Under the pieces are notes generated by a model, which saw only the letters and a list, made by a program, of their open reading frames with translations, ran no database searches and was not told the origin of the DNA. The position numbers and the translations under genes were made by a program. Of a stretch of DNA of 64,000 bases, positions 1 through 13,883 are shown piece by piece (positions within the stretch are counted from its first letter, which is position 1; each line of letters starts with the position of its first letter). The stretch spans positions 31,310,001 to 31,374,000 of the forward strand of contig OZ024754.1 of assembly GCA_964016885.1 (NCBI GenBank), written 5' to 3'. This DNA comes from Eledone cirrhosa (taxonomy: Eukaryota).

Positions 1-352
1 CCTAGCCCTAACACCAACTCTAACCCTAACTCTAACTCCAACACTATCCCCAATCCTAACACTAACCCTAGCCCTAACACCAACTCTAACCCTAACTCTA
101 ACTCCAACACTATCCCCAATCTTAACACTAACCTTAAATCTAACACTAACCCTAGCTCTAACACCAACTCTAACCCTAACTCCAACTCCAACCATAACCC
201 CAATCTTAACACTAACTCTAACTCTAACACTAACCCTAGCCCTAACCCCAACTCTAACCCTAACTCTAACTCCAACCATAACCCCAATCCTAACACTAAC
301 CCTAACTCTAACCCCAACTCTCACCCTAACACTAACCCCAATGGTAACCCTA
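1..352 (+). repeat. Degenerate (CCCTAA)-like telomere-type hexamer repeat with roughly 60-bp higher-order period
   Basis: ccctaa/ctctaa/cactaa/ccccaa variants; blocks recur at 1, ~65, ~150, ~230. Confidence 0.85.
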
Positions 353-899
353 ACAAGAACTCCATTGCAGTATCTGGGTTTCAAAGACTCTGGACTTTGC
401 CGTACCCAATGTAAACACTGTTTACCATTGTTTAATCTGAAATAGATTAGCTATAGGAACTAGATCCTTGCTTTGAAAGACATTTAGACATCATTAATAA
501 AAATGTTCCTATATTATCTTCTCATCAGCTCAATTCTGCCAGTTAGATTCTATATTACAGTCTTTGATATTCTCATGTCTGTGAATAATGAAGATAAAGA
601 GTAATATTCTGGTCTCATAATTTATTCATGTTTCACCTACAATTGCCAACATAAAGAATTACGCATCTCTAGTCAGGAATTAGTAGCCATCATATGAATA
701 AAGATCCCCTCCTCCTGCCACCTCAATGAAAACAGAGTCGAGTGAGAATCCATAAATGATGGTTATTTGTCTCTCAAAGCTGATACTGAAACTGTAATAA
801 ATGTTATCGACTTAACCATTATCATCATCATCATCATCGTCATCATCATCACCACCATCCTCTTCAATACCACCACCATAATCATTATCATCATCATCT

Positions 900-1401
900 T
901 CACTAAACTAGAAATCAGTGGTTAAAACATCATTTAATCACAGGACTCTAAATTAACAATCAGAGGTTAAATAACCATATGATGTCTAATAACAGAACCC
1001 GAAACTATCAGAGGTTAAACCATCTTCTAATAACAAAACCCTAAACTAGCAATCAGAGGTTAAACTATCGTCTAATAACAGAACCCTAAACTAGCAATCA
1101 GAGGTTAAACCATCATCTAATAACAGAACCCTAAATTAAGAATCAGAGGTTAAATCATCATATGATGTCTGATAACAGGACCCTAAACTAGCAATCAGAG
1201 GTTAAACCACCATCTGATATCTAATAACAGGACCCTAAACTAGCAATCAGAGGTTAAACCAGCATTTAATAACAGGACCCTAAACTAGCAATCAGAGGTT
1301 AAACCATCGTCTAATAACAAAACCCTAAATTAACAATCAGAGGTTAAACCACCATGTGATGTCTGATAACAGGACCCTAAATTAGCTATCAGAGGTTAAA
1401 C
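900..1401 (+). repeat. Minisatellite of ~42-50 bp (ggaccctaaactagcaatcagaggttaaaccatc...), resuming at 5624-5660
   Basis: About 11 visible tandem copies; the last unit continues after a 4.2-kb insertion. Confidence 0.9.
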
Positions 1402-1559
1402 AAGAGGTTCTCAAAGTGGGCATTGATAAGGTCCAGGGGGCGCCGAGACCTAAGGGGTATAGAGATGAGATACTAGTACATTAAATATCAAATGATATAT
1501 ATAGTAAAATAAAAAAATATATAATATTTATTTATACATAGTATATATTATATTATATA

Positions 1560-3039
1560 CTAGCAGAATGGCCTGGCGTTGCTAAGGATTTGCTCTAGGG
1601 TTCTTATATATTTGATATATATTTATCCTTATCGAGCCTCGTGAAATAAATACATTTGTTTATATTTTGTTATTGTGTATGCAAAAATATCTGTAAACGA
1701 ATATATAATTAAATATATATATATGTACTAGCAGCAGTACCCAGCGTTGCCTGGGTAGGTAAAATAATATCTGCTTTGATGAAAAGGTGTTGATCTTAGC
1801 GACTGCTTCTCGATGACTCATCTATGGCCGCACACAGGCCATGCGGGGGAGGGTGGTGATGACCTCTATCACTGAGAAACGCGGGTGACTGACGAAGGGG
1901 CATGCTGGGGGAGGGAGTTTCGAATTTGAACGAAATCGGTTGAAAAATGTGGGAGCTAGAGCCGGAAATTTGAGCGAAAAGGTGATATTTTCGAATATTT
2001 AAGCGGCTACCACGCCGTTCCTGAACAAAAAATCCACTTTAAGACGTGAAATAAAGCCACTTTAAGACGTGAAATAATCAGATCTAGCGTAGTGTAAAAT
2101 TTGAACAAAGTAGGTTGATTAATGTGGGAGCTAGAGCCGAAAAAGTGGAAATTTGAGTCTAAAAGTGGTATTTTTGAATATTTAAGCGGCTGCCACGCCG
2201 TCCCTGAACAACAAATGCAAAATATAAAGCCATTACAGGATGTGCAATGATAAATTCTATTTTGCTTTAAAATTTGAACGAAAAAGTTAGAGCCAAAAAT
2301 CTTATTTTTCGATACCTAAAAAAAGGTGACCCCCCCCCCCCTTCCCCCTGTCGATTTTTATCTGCAGAATGACTCCGGAATAAACAAAAAAACGATACGC
2401 TGATATATAGAAAACACTCCCCGATGACTAATCTATGAGCCTGTAAAGTTTCATGAAAATCGGTCGTAAGATGTAGGCCCCTATAGATAATACACAGACA
2501 CACAGACACACACACACATACTTAATTTTATATATATACTTAATTTTAGATATATATATATTAAAATAACAGATTAAAGTTTAAGCAAAGAATCGCTGCT
2601 TTCACCCTTAACGGGATCTTCTGAAACTAAAAAAATCAATCTGTGAACGCAGAAGTAAATATTTCGAAAAACGTTACACACTATATATATATACACACAC
2701 TATATATACATATATACACACATACATATAGCGTCGTAATGTCGTAATGCAGACAGCCAGACATACAGACAGATATTATAATGGCGCAACATTATATCTA
2801 TGTATCTATCTAAATAGAAAGACTAAAAATTATAGAGAGATCGCTAAATCGCCTAATGCGGTCCCTAGAGCATTGAAAATTTGAAATATTTTTTACTCAA
2901 AACACTCACACGATCATAAGTATTACATGTGTAATCATAAGTATTACATGTCTAAAGTTTGAAAACAATCGGTTGGATGGTTCTCGAATTTTAGGGAGTC
3001 AGACAGACAGACAGACATTCTCTGTTTTAGATATATAGA
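1560..3039 (-). mobile_element. Non-autonomous Helitron-like element, with a second Helitron-like element nested at ~1728-2550
   Basis: Minus-strand 3' end: GC-rich hairpin followed by CTGCTAG at 1560 (and at 1728); 5' TCTATAT at 3039; related copy at 6836-8398. Confidence 0.7.
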
Positions 3040-3363
3040 CTAGCAGAAAACCACCCGGGGCGGTTTTCTGCTAGTCTATATATTTAAAACAGAGAATGTC
3101 TGTCTGTCTGTCAGCTCACTAAAACTTGAGAACCATCCAACCGATTGTTTTCAAACTTTAGACATGTAATACTTATGGTCCTGTGAGTGTTTTGAGCAAA
3201 AATTATTTCAAATTTTCAATGCCCTAGGGACCGCATTAGGCGATTTAGCGTTCTCTCTATATAATTCTTAGTCTTTCTTTTTAGATAGATACATAGATAT
3301 AACGTTGCGCCCTTATAATATCTGTCTGTAGGTCTGGCTGTCTGCATTACGTCATTATGACGC
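2731..3363. repeat. Long near-perfect inverted repeat (fold-back), centre ~3057
   Basis: Arms are reverse complements with scattered mismatches; centre ACTAGCAGAAAACC-ACCCGGGGC-GGTTTTCTGCTAGT. Confidence 0.92.
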
Positions 3364-3586
3364 GTTCAGCGCGATTCCCTCGGCCTCAGTGACCAAAGTC
3401 AGTGGAGAGGGGAAGGTAATGTTTCTGTAGCACGTGTTTTAGCGTCTATTCACTCTCTCTCTCCCTCCCGCTATCCCCCTCTCGTAGTCTGTCTCTTTCT
3501 TTCACTCTCACTCTCTCTCTACGCACGTGTTTCCACTGTCGGACAGACAGACAGAGAAATTGCTGGTTATATATATAAGTAGATTA

Positions 3587-3981
3587 TATCATCATCATCA
3601 CCGTTTTACGTCCGTTCTTCCACGCTAACATGGGTTAGACGGGTTGTCCTGTTGTGGGTAGTGTCCGGTCAGCTGACCTTGTCTTGCTCATACTGGAACT
3701 GATTCTGGCTTGATTTCTACAGCTGGATGCCCTTCCTAACACCAACCTCATTTACAGTGTGGGCTGGGTACTTTTTTGCCGTGGCACCTCCACGACCACT
3801 TTGCAGTGGAATGATAGGGACCCCAGCCCCTATCATCTCATTTCTACAGCTGAGTAAACTGGAGCAATGTGAAATAAAGTGTCTTGCTCAAGGAAACAAC
3901 ACATCTCCTGGTCCGAGAATTGAACTCACAACCTTTCAATTGCAAGCCCAATGCTCTAACCACTAAGCCATGTGCTTTCAC
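3587..3981 (-). mobile_element. tRNA-derived SINE family B (CORE-like centre, RTE-like (GAT)n tail)
   Basis: Reverse complement of the 24017-24454 copy; A/B boxes present. Confidence 0.85.
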
Positions 3982-3984
3982 ATA

Positions 3985-5510
3985 TCTAATATATATTTGT
4001 GAAATGGGCGGTGGTTGAAATTCAAATGTGCACGGTTAAATGGTGGTAGACGTGGTCGGACTGACATGAAAATTTACACACCTATGTAAAAAGTGCCAAG
4101 GAAGCAAATAGACGAGGTTTCAAATCTCTAACTTGAAAATGTGGTCCCTGGGGCCCCAAAACTATCGCGTTCGGTGAGTTATTTCCCCCTGTTTTAATAC
4201 TAACTCATCAATTTATTTCGCTGCGTTCTTTCGCAGCTTTCTTTCGCTGTTAACATACAGAACCATTTTACGAAATGCCAATCTGAAAACGGTCACTGTT
4301 TTCCATCAAAAGATATAAAACCCTTAAATTGCGAAGAAGGGAGTCATGTTCTCAAGTACGATTTTTTCAGATATCATTTTCATTTTATTTCTAATACATG
4401 TTAACCACCACTAACAGTAAGTAGTATTTTTCAAATCATTGTCTTATTTAAAATAACATATCAAAGACAACGTTATTTCGCTGTTAATAAACTTTTGACT
4501 ACTACAAGCTTCCATGGTTACGGAGAAAATCGATGAAACAGGAATTTCCCATTCAAATTGAACTGAGAGTAATCTGTGAACGCAGAAGTAAATATTTCGA
4601 GAAACGTTGTAACCGAACGAAAACAGGAAAACGATATTGTGGTTCGTGAAGACGTTCCCTGGCAATGAACGGAAAAAAGCGAGGATAATACGTCGTTATG
4701 TGGAGCGTGAAGAACAATTTCATGCAAAGACAAGACCAAGTTTATGGTATAAATGGAGTCGTTAGACTAATATTCTATTTAAAATAACAGAATGATTTCC
4801 AGCCCCGGGGTTTAAGAATGATGTAAATAAAATTGAAAACGAAAATGACAGAGGTTATTAAAATAGTAAAAGTAAATAGTGAAGATTTACGCCAGTACAT
4901 ACGTATGCCCCGACGGACATACACATACATACGCACACACAAATACATACACACCCACACACACATACACACACACACACACATACATACGCACACACAA
5001 ATACATACCCCCCCCCCTCACACACACAAACACACACATACACACACACGAACGCACGCGCGTATGTATAAACCTTATGCATTTCTACAGTATTTTCACC
5101 AAACTTAAGACATAGGTTACTTATGTACTCCGGGTGGTCATGGACACTGTTATTTTTCCAGATATTGATTATAAGGCCCCCCGGTAGATAACCCCCTTTA
5201 ACCACTTTAACCACTTCCTTGGAGTCGACTGAAGCACTGCAGGGCAATGCAACAAAACGTCATAACTTCTGGAGTTCGCAACCGATTTTCACAAAACTTG
5301 ACACATGGGCTACGTTTGTCCTTCAGACGAATGTTAACACTTAGAATTGGCACATTTTGGGTAGGGGACTCCTGGGGGGCAGGAACCCCCTTTTGGAAAA
5401 AGCCGATGATTTTGTAAAAGTATAGTTTTCGAAGCAGCACTAAAGTATTGACATAAATGGTATACACAACTGCTATTTAATATCCGAGCAACGCCAGGTA
5501 CCTCTGCTAG
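3985..5510 (+). mobile_element. Non-autonomous Helitron-like element
   Basis: A|TCTAATATA 5' end; CCGAGCAACGCCAGG hairpin-like motif plus CTGCTAG|T 3' end; no TSD. Confidence 0.65.
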
Positions 5511-5949
5511 TATTATTTACAATTTGCATGTAGGTAGGTCTCTCTGGAAATAGGGTTGGGGGGAACTGAGGTTATTATGTGACCATGAGGGAGGTGGTGG
5601 CCCAAAAAGTTTGAGATCCTCTCGGTTAAACCATTGTCTAATATCAGAACCCTAAACTGCAGATTCTCAACAGACTTCTATATTTACCAATTCCAGCACC
5701 AATGCTCTTCTTCAGAGAAACATTTTTAGATTCTATCTATTTTGTTTTTATCTCAGATGAAAAATAAAATAACCAATTGAAATTATTGATTTGTGCTTTA
5801 GGATCAATGGAATCAGGCTAAATATGCTGATTGCTATTTCTATAAAATGGTCGGTGGGTTGTGTAATTAGCACTATGGCGTCATTAAAGTCTGGCTCTTT
5901 GGAATCTCTTGTACCACAGTTTTGACAAGGGAAATTGGACATTAAACAA

Positions 5950-6545
5950 TGGTGATGATGGTGGGGGTGATGGTGGGGTGATGATTGTGGTGGGTGGGGA
6001 TAATGGTGGTGGGGGGCGGGTGGGGGGTGATAATGGTGGTGGGGGGAGTGATGATGGCGGCGGTGTTGATGATGGGGGGATGGGGGGGGGGGGGTGATGG
6101 AAGGATGATGATGGTAGTGGTGTTGATAGTGGTGATGATAGATGGGTGATGGTGGTACTGGTGTTGATAGTGGTGGTGTTGATGATGGTGTTGATGATGG
6201 TGGGATGGTGATGGTGATGGCTGGATGATAGTGGTGAAGGTGATGATGGCTGTGGCGGTGGTAGTGGTGGTGGTGAACGGTGGATGGTGTTTGTGGTGGT
6301 GGTGAGGGTGATGATGGTTGTGGTGGTGGTAGTGGTGGTGGTGGTGATGGAGGTGGTGAACGGTGGATGGTGGTTGTGAGGGTGATGATGGTTGCGGTGG
6401 TGGTAGTGGTGGTTGTGGTGAACGGTGGATGATGGTGGATGGATGGGTGGTTGTGGTGGTAGTGGTGAATGGTCGATGGTGGTGGTGGTGGAGGGGTGGA
6501 TGTGGTGGTAGTGGTTTTGTGGGGATGATATATGGATGATGGGCC
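5950..6545 (+). repeat. (GGT/GAT)n low-complexity G-rich repeat
   Basis: Direct inspection; accounts for the His/Pro/Thr-rich ORFs. Confidence 0.9.
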
Positions 6546-6809
6546 ACACATAACTTTGGAGAAATAACTATATAGAGGTACAAATGTAAGGATTCACCTT
6601 GCAGCCCCATAACAGACTTCATACATAACATGAGGGAGGGAGGGGGCAGTCTAGATTCAATATTTTATAACTGGAGGCCCTGTCTGGAGCCAACTCTTTT
6701 AGTCAGCTCTTAAAATATACAGGGAGAAATGACTCTTTACAGGTAGAAATGTGAGGATAGCTTTGCAGCCCCATAAAAAGCCACATACTCATAAGGGGAT
6801 CCTTCTTAA

Positions 6810-8593
<1,784 letters not shown>

Positions 8594-8902
8594 TTAAGCC
8601 ATACACCGTCATAGATAAATATGAACACTCTAAAATATGTTGTTTTGTATTATCAAACCAGAAGCAGTTTCAGGTGGTTTGTTATTAAGAGGGTTAAAAT
8701 ATTCTGCCTCATTGATTTCGTTACCATTTGTCTTATAGTAGATGGAATAATTAACTATTAATAATAAATAGTTTAAATACTAAAGGGTTAATTCAATGTT
8801 TTAAAACTGGATGCCCTTTTTTGGGGTCAACCCTTTTAGCCGCCTTTTATGATATACAAGGATATGGTGTACCTATTTCTAATCTGTTGTTGTTCTTTAC
8901 AG

Positions 8903-9060
8903 GTTTGAAAACCTATACTTATTCACATGAAACAAAACTAAAAGCAGAAACTCCAAAGAAACCTGCAAACCAACAAAGTCCATTTTTAACTACTTCAAAC
9001 ATTCTGCAATATTTTCCAAAGACATCCACAGAAGCAAGCCCACTGCCATCACTATTCTAA
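8903..9060 (+). CDS. Candidate terminal coding exon of an unidentified upstream gene (LKTYTYSHETKLKAETPKKP...SPLPSLF*)
   Basis: Good acceptor ttgttctttacag|G, 52 open non-repetitive codons to TAA, AATAAA overlapping the stop. No homology recognised. Confidence 0.35.
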
Positions 9061-9214
9061 ATAAAAACATATCTAAACAAGCCATTTTTTTCTCTTTTTC
9101 CTTTCTTTTCAGAGGCGGCAGGGGGCGGGGATATATGTCGGTAGAGGTGGGGTTGGGTTGGAGGGTAAAATAAAATGAAATATATAAAAAAAAAAAATAA
9201 AGCAAGTATTGAAA

Positions 9215-9787
9215 TATATGTGTGTATGTGTATGTGTGTGTTTATGCTTGTTTGTCTATGTGTGTATATGTGTGTGTGTTTCTGTGTTTGTGTGTGTGTA
9301 TGTTTGTTTGTATATGTGTGCGTATTCCTCTGTGTCTGTGTGTATGTGTGCGCATGTGTGTGCATGCGTGTACATACGCGGGGATACGCTGTGTATGTTT
9401 GTTTGTCTGTATGTGTTTCTGTGTGTGTGTGTGTGTGTACCTGTGTGTTTGTGTGTGTATCTTTGTGTGTTTGTTTGTGTATGTGTGTGTGTGTGTATAT
9501 GTATTTGTGTGTGTATATGTGTATGTATGTGTATATATATATATATATGTACATTCTTTTTTTTAAATTACCAATTCTTCTTTTCTAATCTGAGAAAGAA
9601 CTGCTCCAGGTAGAATCCAAAGATGTCTGAAGAACTGATAAAGAATATTTCCCTCACTTCATTACTCTCTAATAGATTATCAGAATAGCAGAACAAGAGA
9701 ATATTCCTCCTTCCATATGACAAATCTCTATTCTCTTATTTCTCTTCCTTCTTATCTTGCTCCCTTCCTCCCCTCTCTCTCTCTCTC

Positions 9788-9861
<74 letters not shown>

Positions 9862-9886
9862 TACTACCATAGAATTGTGCCCATTT

Positions 9887-9921
<35 letters not shown>

Positions 9922-10120
9922 TCTATCTCTGTGTTTTCTCTCACTCTTTCTCCTCACATATTATTTCTTCTTTCTATCCCTGTTATCCTGTTCATATTAT
10001 ATGTTATATCATATATATGTACAATATATATATATATATATACATAAATATACATATATATATATATATATAGACACACATATATATATATGCGTGCGTG
10101 CGTGTGTGTATATATATATG
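9215..10120. repeat. (GT)n and (TA)n microsatellite tracts
   Basis: Direct inspection. Confidence 0.9.
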
Positions 10121-10652
10121 TTGTATTTCATTATTTGTGAAAAAGCAAATGTTAACAGATTAGGAAACATGTTGTGAAAATGAAGTTTCTGGAATAAAAA
10201 GAAAAACGTAATTAAATGAATATATTGAAAATGCTTTTTAGAATAATTAAATCATTTTATTTGACTTTTGGTTTTGTTTTTGTTTTTGTTTTTTGGTGAA
10301 TTTTGCTTTTTTATTTCAGTTTACATTTTTGGTTTAGTTTGTTTCTTTTTAGATATCTTTGCTAATGAAAGGATATTTAAATACATATTCTTGCATCATA
10401 ACAAATGGTCCAACCAATAGGAAACTTATTGTGCTATCTGTCTTGAAAGAAGATAACCTCGGTTATATTTAATCAGTTAGTATTGAAGAACCGACTCATT
10501 GACGAATGAATTTCAGTTTCTTTTGATTGAGAAACACATAAGCAGCAACTATGCAGCAACTATTAATGAAGAATCAATGTAGAAAGGAAATGATAACTGC
10601 ACAGTTTCTAGTTCAAATCTAGCAAAACAAAGACACAATAAAACATGTTTAA

Positions 10653-10855
10653 TCCTTTAGCATTTACATTACTCTATATATACTATTGTATTTTCTTGGT
10701 AAAGGTTTTATCTCACATAATATCAAAGCTATGAGATTTTGATGTTATTGATTTTGAGAACAATACCTTAACATCAGTATGAGTGGCCAGTTACAGCCAG
10801 TTTGAACAGAAAGAGGTGAGAAAATTCTGGCTGGATACAGCTAGTTTGAATGCTG
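10653..10855. mobile_element. piggyBac-type MITE copy, right end eroded
   Basis: Similarity to 58761-58981. Confidence 0.75.
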
Positions 10856-11136
10856 GAACATGTCTGTCACTGATTTAATAACTTGTAAATGGATTTGGTT
10901 GGCAGGGACTGTACTGAAGCCATATGTTTTCATTAACTAGCATTTTAATACACTATACTTTTGACGGTATCTTCAAATTCGTCTAAGCACCTAAAGATTA
11001 GGTCACAATTTTGATCCCTCTTACAATATTGATAATATAATATATATTTATTATAAGAACAGATTAAAGTTTAAGCAAAGAATCGCTGCTTGAGTGTATC
11101 TAGTGCCTAGCTTCTTGATATTATTTCCTGCTTCCT

Positions 11137-11323
11137 ATGGTCGGTGGATTGGCAGTATCGGTAGAGGGTCGGACGCCATGCTTTCCAGCATAGTTACGTC
11201 CCTTTACGATCTGAGTTCAAATCCCGCCGAGGTTGACTTTGCCTTTCATCCTTACGGGGTCGATAAAATAAAGTACCAGTAATGCACTGGGTAATTGCTG
11301 GCCTTGTGCCTAAAGTAGAAACA
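11137..11323 (+). mobile_element. Full-length tRNA-derived SINE family A with 17-bp TSD
   Basis: A box TGGCAGTATCGG, B box GAGTTCAAATCC, centre GCCTTTCATCCTTACGGGGTCGATAAAAT (resembles the Meta-SINE domain as I recall it); TSD ATTATTTCCTGCTTCCT at 11120 and 11324. Confidence 0.9.
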
Positions 11324-11996
11324 ATTATTTCCTGCTTCCTCTGTTTTTCCAGTTTATCCATGCCTGTTTATTGCTAATAACATATGTATATATATATATA
11401 TTTTATATATATATATATATATATATTTTATATATATATATATATATATAAAATGAGAAATGAAGGTTGTGTATCAAATTTCATCATTAATCTCTACAAA
11501 TGTTTCAATGGAGATAAGCCTGGTGCTTATGCAACACTCAGTTGCTGACAAATTCAAGAATATACTGTTTGACATTTATGACAGTAAAGAAGGTGAGTTA
11601 GAAAATGGCAGTGTAGATGGGTAGTGAATGCTACAGATGAAATCTGTGGCTGGTGCAAGACGCTAGGGCAACGAAAGGTGGGTGAAGGGATTAACAATAA
11701 ACAGGCATGGATAAACTGGAAAAACAGAGGAAGCAGGAAATAATATCAAGAAGCTAGGCACTAGATACACTCAAGAAGGGGGGAAACAGAAAGCAAGAAA
11801 TCTGTGTGTGTTTTGCACTCTGAAGACTAAATGTGTGGGGTGTTCAGGATTGCATGGCAGTGTGCAAGGGAAAATCAATATTTTGTTAGGAATAAATGCA
11901 TTTGAAATGACTATGGTGCACTTGCCCTCACCAATGCTGAGCAGAAAGAAACATGAAAGTGCCATTATGTCGAATGAGGAGATTGCAGGGGAGGAA

Positions 11997-13405
11997 GATG
12001 GTCTGCTTCATCTAGGAGAAATGCAGGGAACAGAACATGCCCCTGCATGTTGCTTTTATCAACCTCACCAAGGCATTTGACTTGGTTAGTAGAAATGGCC
12101 TCTTCAAGATTCTCCCAAAGATTGGCTGCCCACCAGGACTGCAGAACATGGTTGAATCTTTCCACACCAGCATGAAGGGGACAGTGCAGTTTAATGGGGG
12201 CACCTCTGAACCATTCAGCATTCGCAGCGAAGTAAAACAAGGCTGCGTCCTTGTGCCCAGACTCTTTGGGATCTTCTTTGCTCTGCTCTTGAAGCATGCA
12301 TTCAGCACAGCAACAGAGGAGATCTTCCTGCATACCAGATCAGACGGCAAGCTGTTCAACCACGCCAGCCTCCGAACGAGGACAAACGTACGTAAAACCC
12401 TCATTAGAGGCATGCTGTTTGCCAATGATGCAGCAGTTGCAATTCACTCCCAGCAAGAACTCCAGATGCTGATGGATCGCTTCTCCCTGCAAGCATTTTG
12501 AACCGACCACCAGCCTTAGAAAGACAAATGTATTGGGACAGGACACAGAGGCATCACTAGTCATCAAAATCGATGACTATGAGTTCGTCATCGTCCATCT
12601 GTTCATATACCTCAGTTCCACCATCACCGACAATCTCTCCCTAGACACAGAGCTCGAGAGGAGGATTGGGAAGGCAACCACAACATTTGCTCGCCTCACA
12701 ACCCGAGTGTGGACAAACCCCAAGCTGGTGGTAAAGACCAAGATGGCTATGTAGAATGCCTGTGTCATCAGCACACTACTCTATGGCAGTGAGACATGAT
12801 CCTCATATGTAGACAGGAGAAACAACTCAATACCTTCCATATGAGAAGCCTGCAGCGTATCCTGAGTATATCCTGGAAGGACAGAGTGCTCAACGTCGAG
12901 GTCCTTATTTGTACTGGCCTTCCCAGCATGTTTACCCTGCTCCAGCAGCACAGACTACACTAGCTAGGACACGTCCACCGATTGAATGCTGGCCACATCC
13001 CCAAAGACATCTTATATGGGGAGCTGGCCTCTGGAAAGAGAGCCACTGGTCAACTTCAGCTGTGATATAAGGACGTTGTGAAGAGATATATTAAGGCCAT
13101 TTAGATCAACACAGAGTCCTGGGAGGGCTTCACAGCTAATCACCCAAGATGGAGAAACACCCTGAATCAACACCTCAAATCAGAGGAGGAGAGTTTGATG
13201 ACTGCAGCAGTGGATGGGAGAGCCCAGCTAAAGTAGTGCAATAATTCCAACAGACCAGAGACCATATACAGATGTGCTCAATGTGACAGAGACTGTCACT
13301 CATGTAGAGGTCTGTTTAGTCACCGGAGACGCTGCTCCAGCTGAGCTGACAACAGGATACTACCCATGGTCAGCCTTGACCGAAAGAGGCCTTCAACTTA
13401 ACTTA
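11997..13405 (+). mobile_element. 5'-truncated, decayed RTE (BovB-like) LINE: reverse transcriptase plus C-terminal CCHH/CCHC-type zinc knuckle
   Basis: EKCREQNMPLHVAFINLTKAFD, VKQGCVL, LFANDAAV (from LFADD), YLSSTI, CAQCDRDCHS...SHRRRC; stops and frameshifts present. Confidence 0.9.
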
Positions 13406-13439
13406 ATACCAACGATCTTCATTACTTTTATATTATACT

Positions 13440-13524
13440 TTGCCTTTCATCCTTACGGGGTCGATAAAATAAAGTACCAGTAATGCACTGGGTAATTGCT
13501 GGCCTTGTGCCTAAAGTAGAAACA
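13440..13524 (+). mobile_element. 5'-truncated SINE family A with 19-bp TSD
   Basis: TSD ATTACTTTTATATTATACT at 13421 and 13525. Confidence 0.88.
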
Positions 13525-13589
13525 ATTACTTTTATATTATACTAGCAGTGTATCCCGGCGTTGCACGGGTAAGAACATTGGTAATAGCA

Positions 13590-13883
13590 CCTCCAATGAG
13601 AAACGTTTATTTGTGAGCGCCTGTTAAAAACTCACGAACTGGACATGCTATGCTCACCGACATCCAGAGTTGACACTGCACTCAGTGCTCCCGTGGGAGC
13701 CCCTGCATGGACACAATGGAAGAGGAAGACCGAAGTTAACATATGTTGATGCTCTAAGGACAGACACTGGTCTGTTGGAGACGCAAGGACATGGCAGCAA
13801 TAATGAGGGACAGAGACCGCTTGAGAGAACTCGTCCATGGATCTCGGGAATTTTACCCGCCCTAGATAGATAGATAGATAGAT
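13590..13883 (+). mobile_element. 3' fragment of an RTE-like LINE with (GATA)n tail, next to a Helitron-like 3' end at 13542
   Basis: WEPLHGHNGRGRPKLTYVDAL motif typical of RTE C-termini. Confidence 0.65.

Larger units (their letters stand above)
1402..5623. mobile_element. hAT-type non-autonomous element inflated by nested insertions
   Basis: 8-bp TSD GGTTAAAC at 1394-1401 and 5624-5631; imperfect TIRs AAGAGGTTCTCAAA / TTTGAGATCCTCTC. Confidence 0.75.

Noticed and set aside
340-450. Possible minus-strand exon (LNNGKQCLHWVRQSPESLKPRYCNG)
   Set aside because: Short, unrecognised, and runs into the telomere-like repeat; cannot be supported without transcript data.
5748-6631. His/Pro/Thr-rich ORFs
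   Set aside because: Translations of (GGT/GAT)n simple repeat, open in several frames.
9057-10177. Cys/Val, His/Thr and Tyr/Ile-rich ORFs (also at 4775-5247 and 13884-14114)
   Set aside because: Dinucleotide microsatellite translations.
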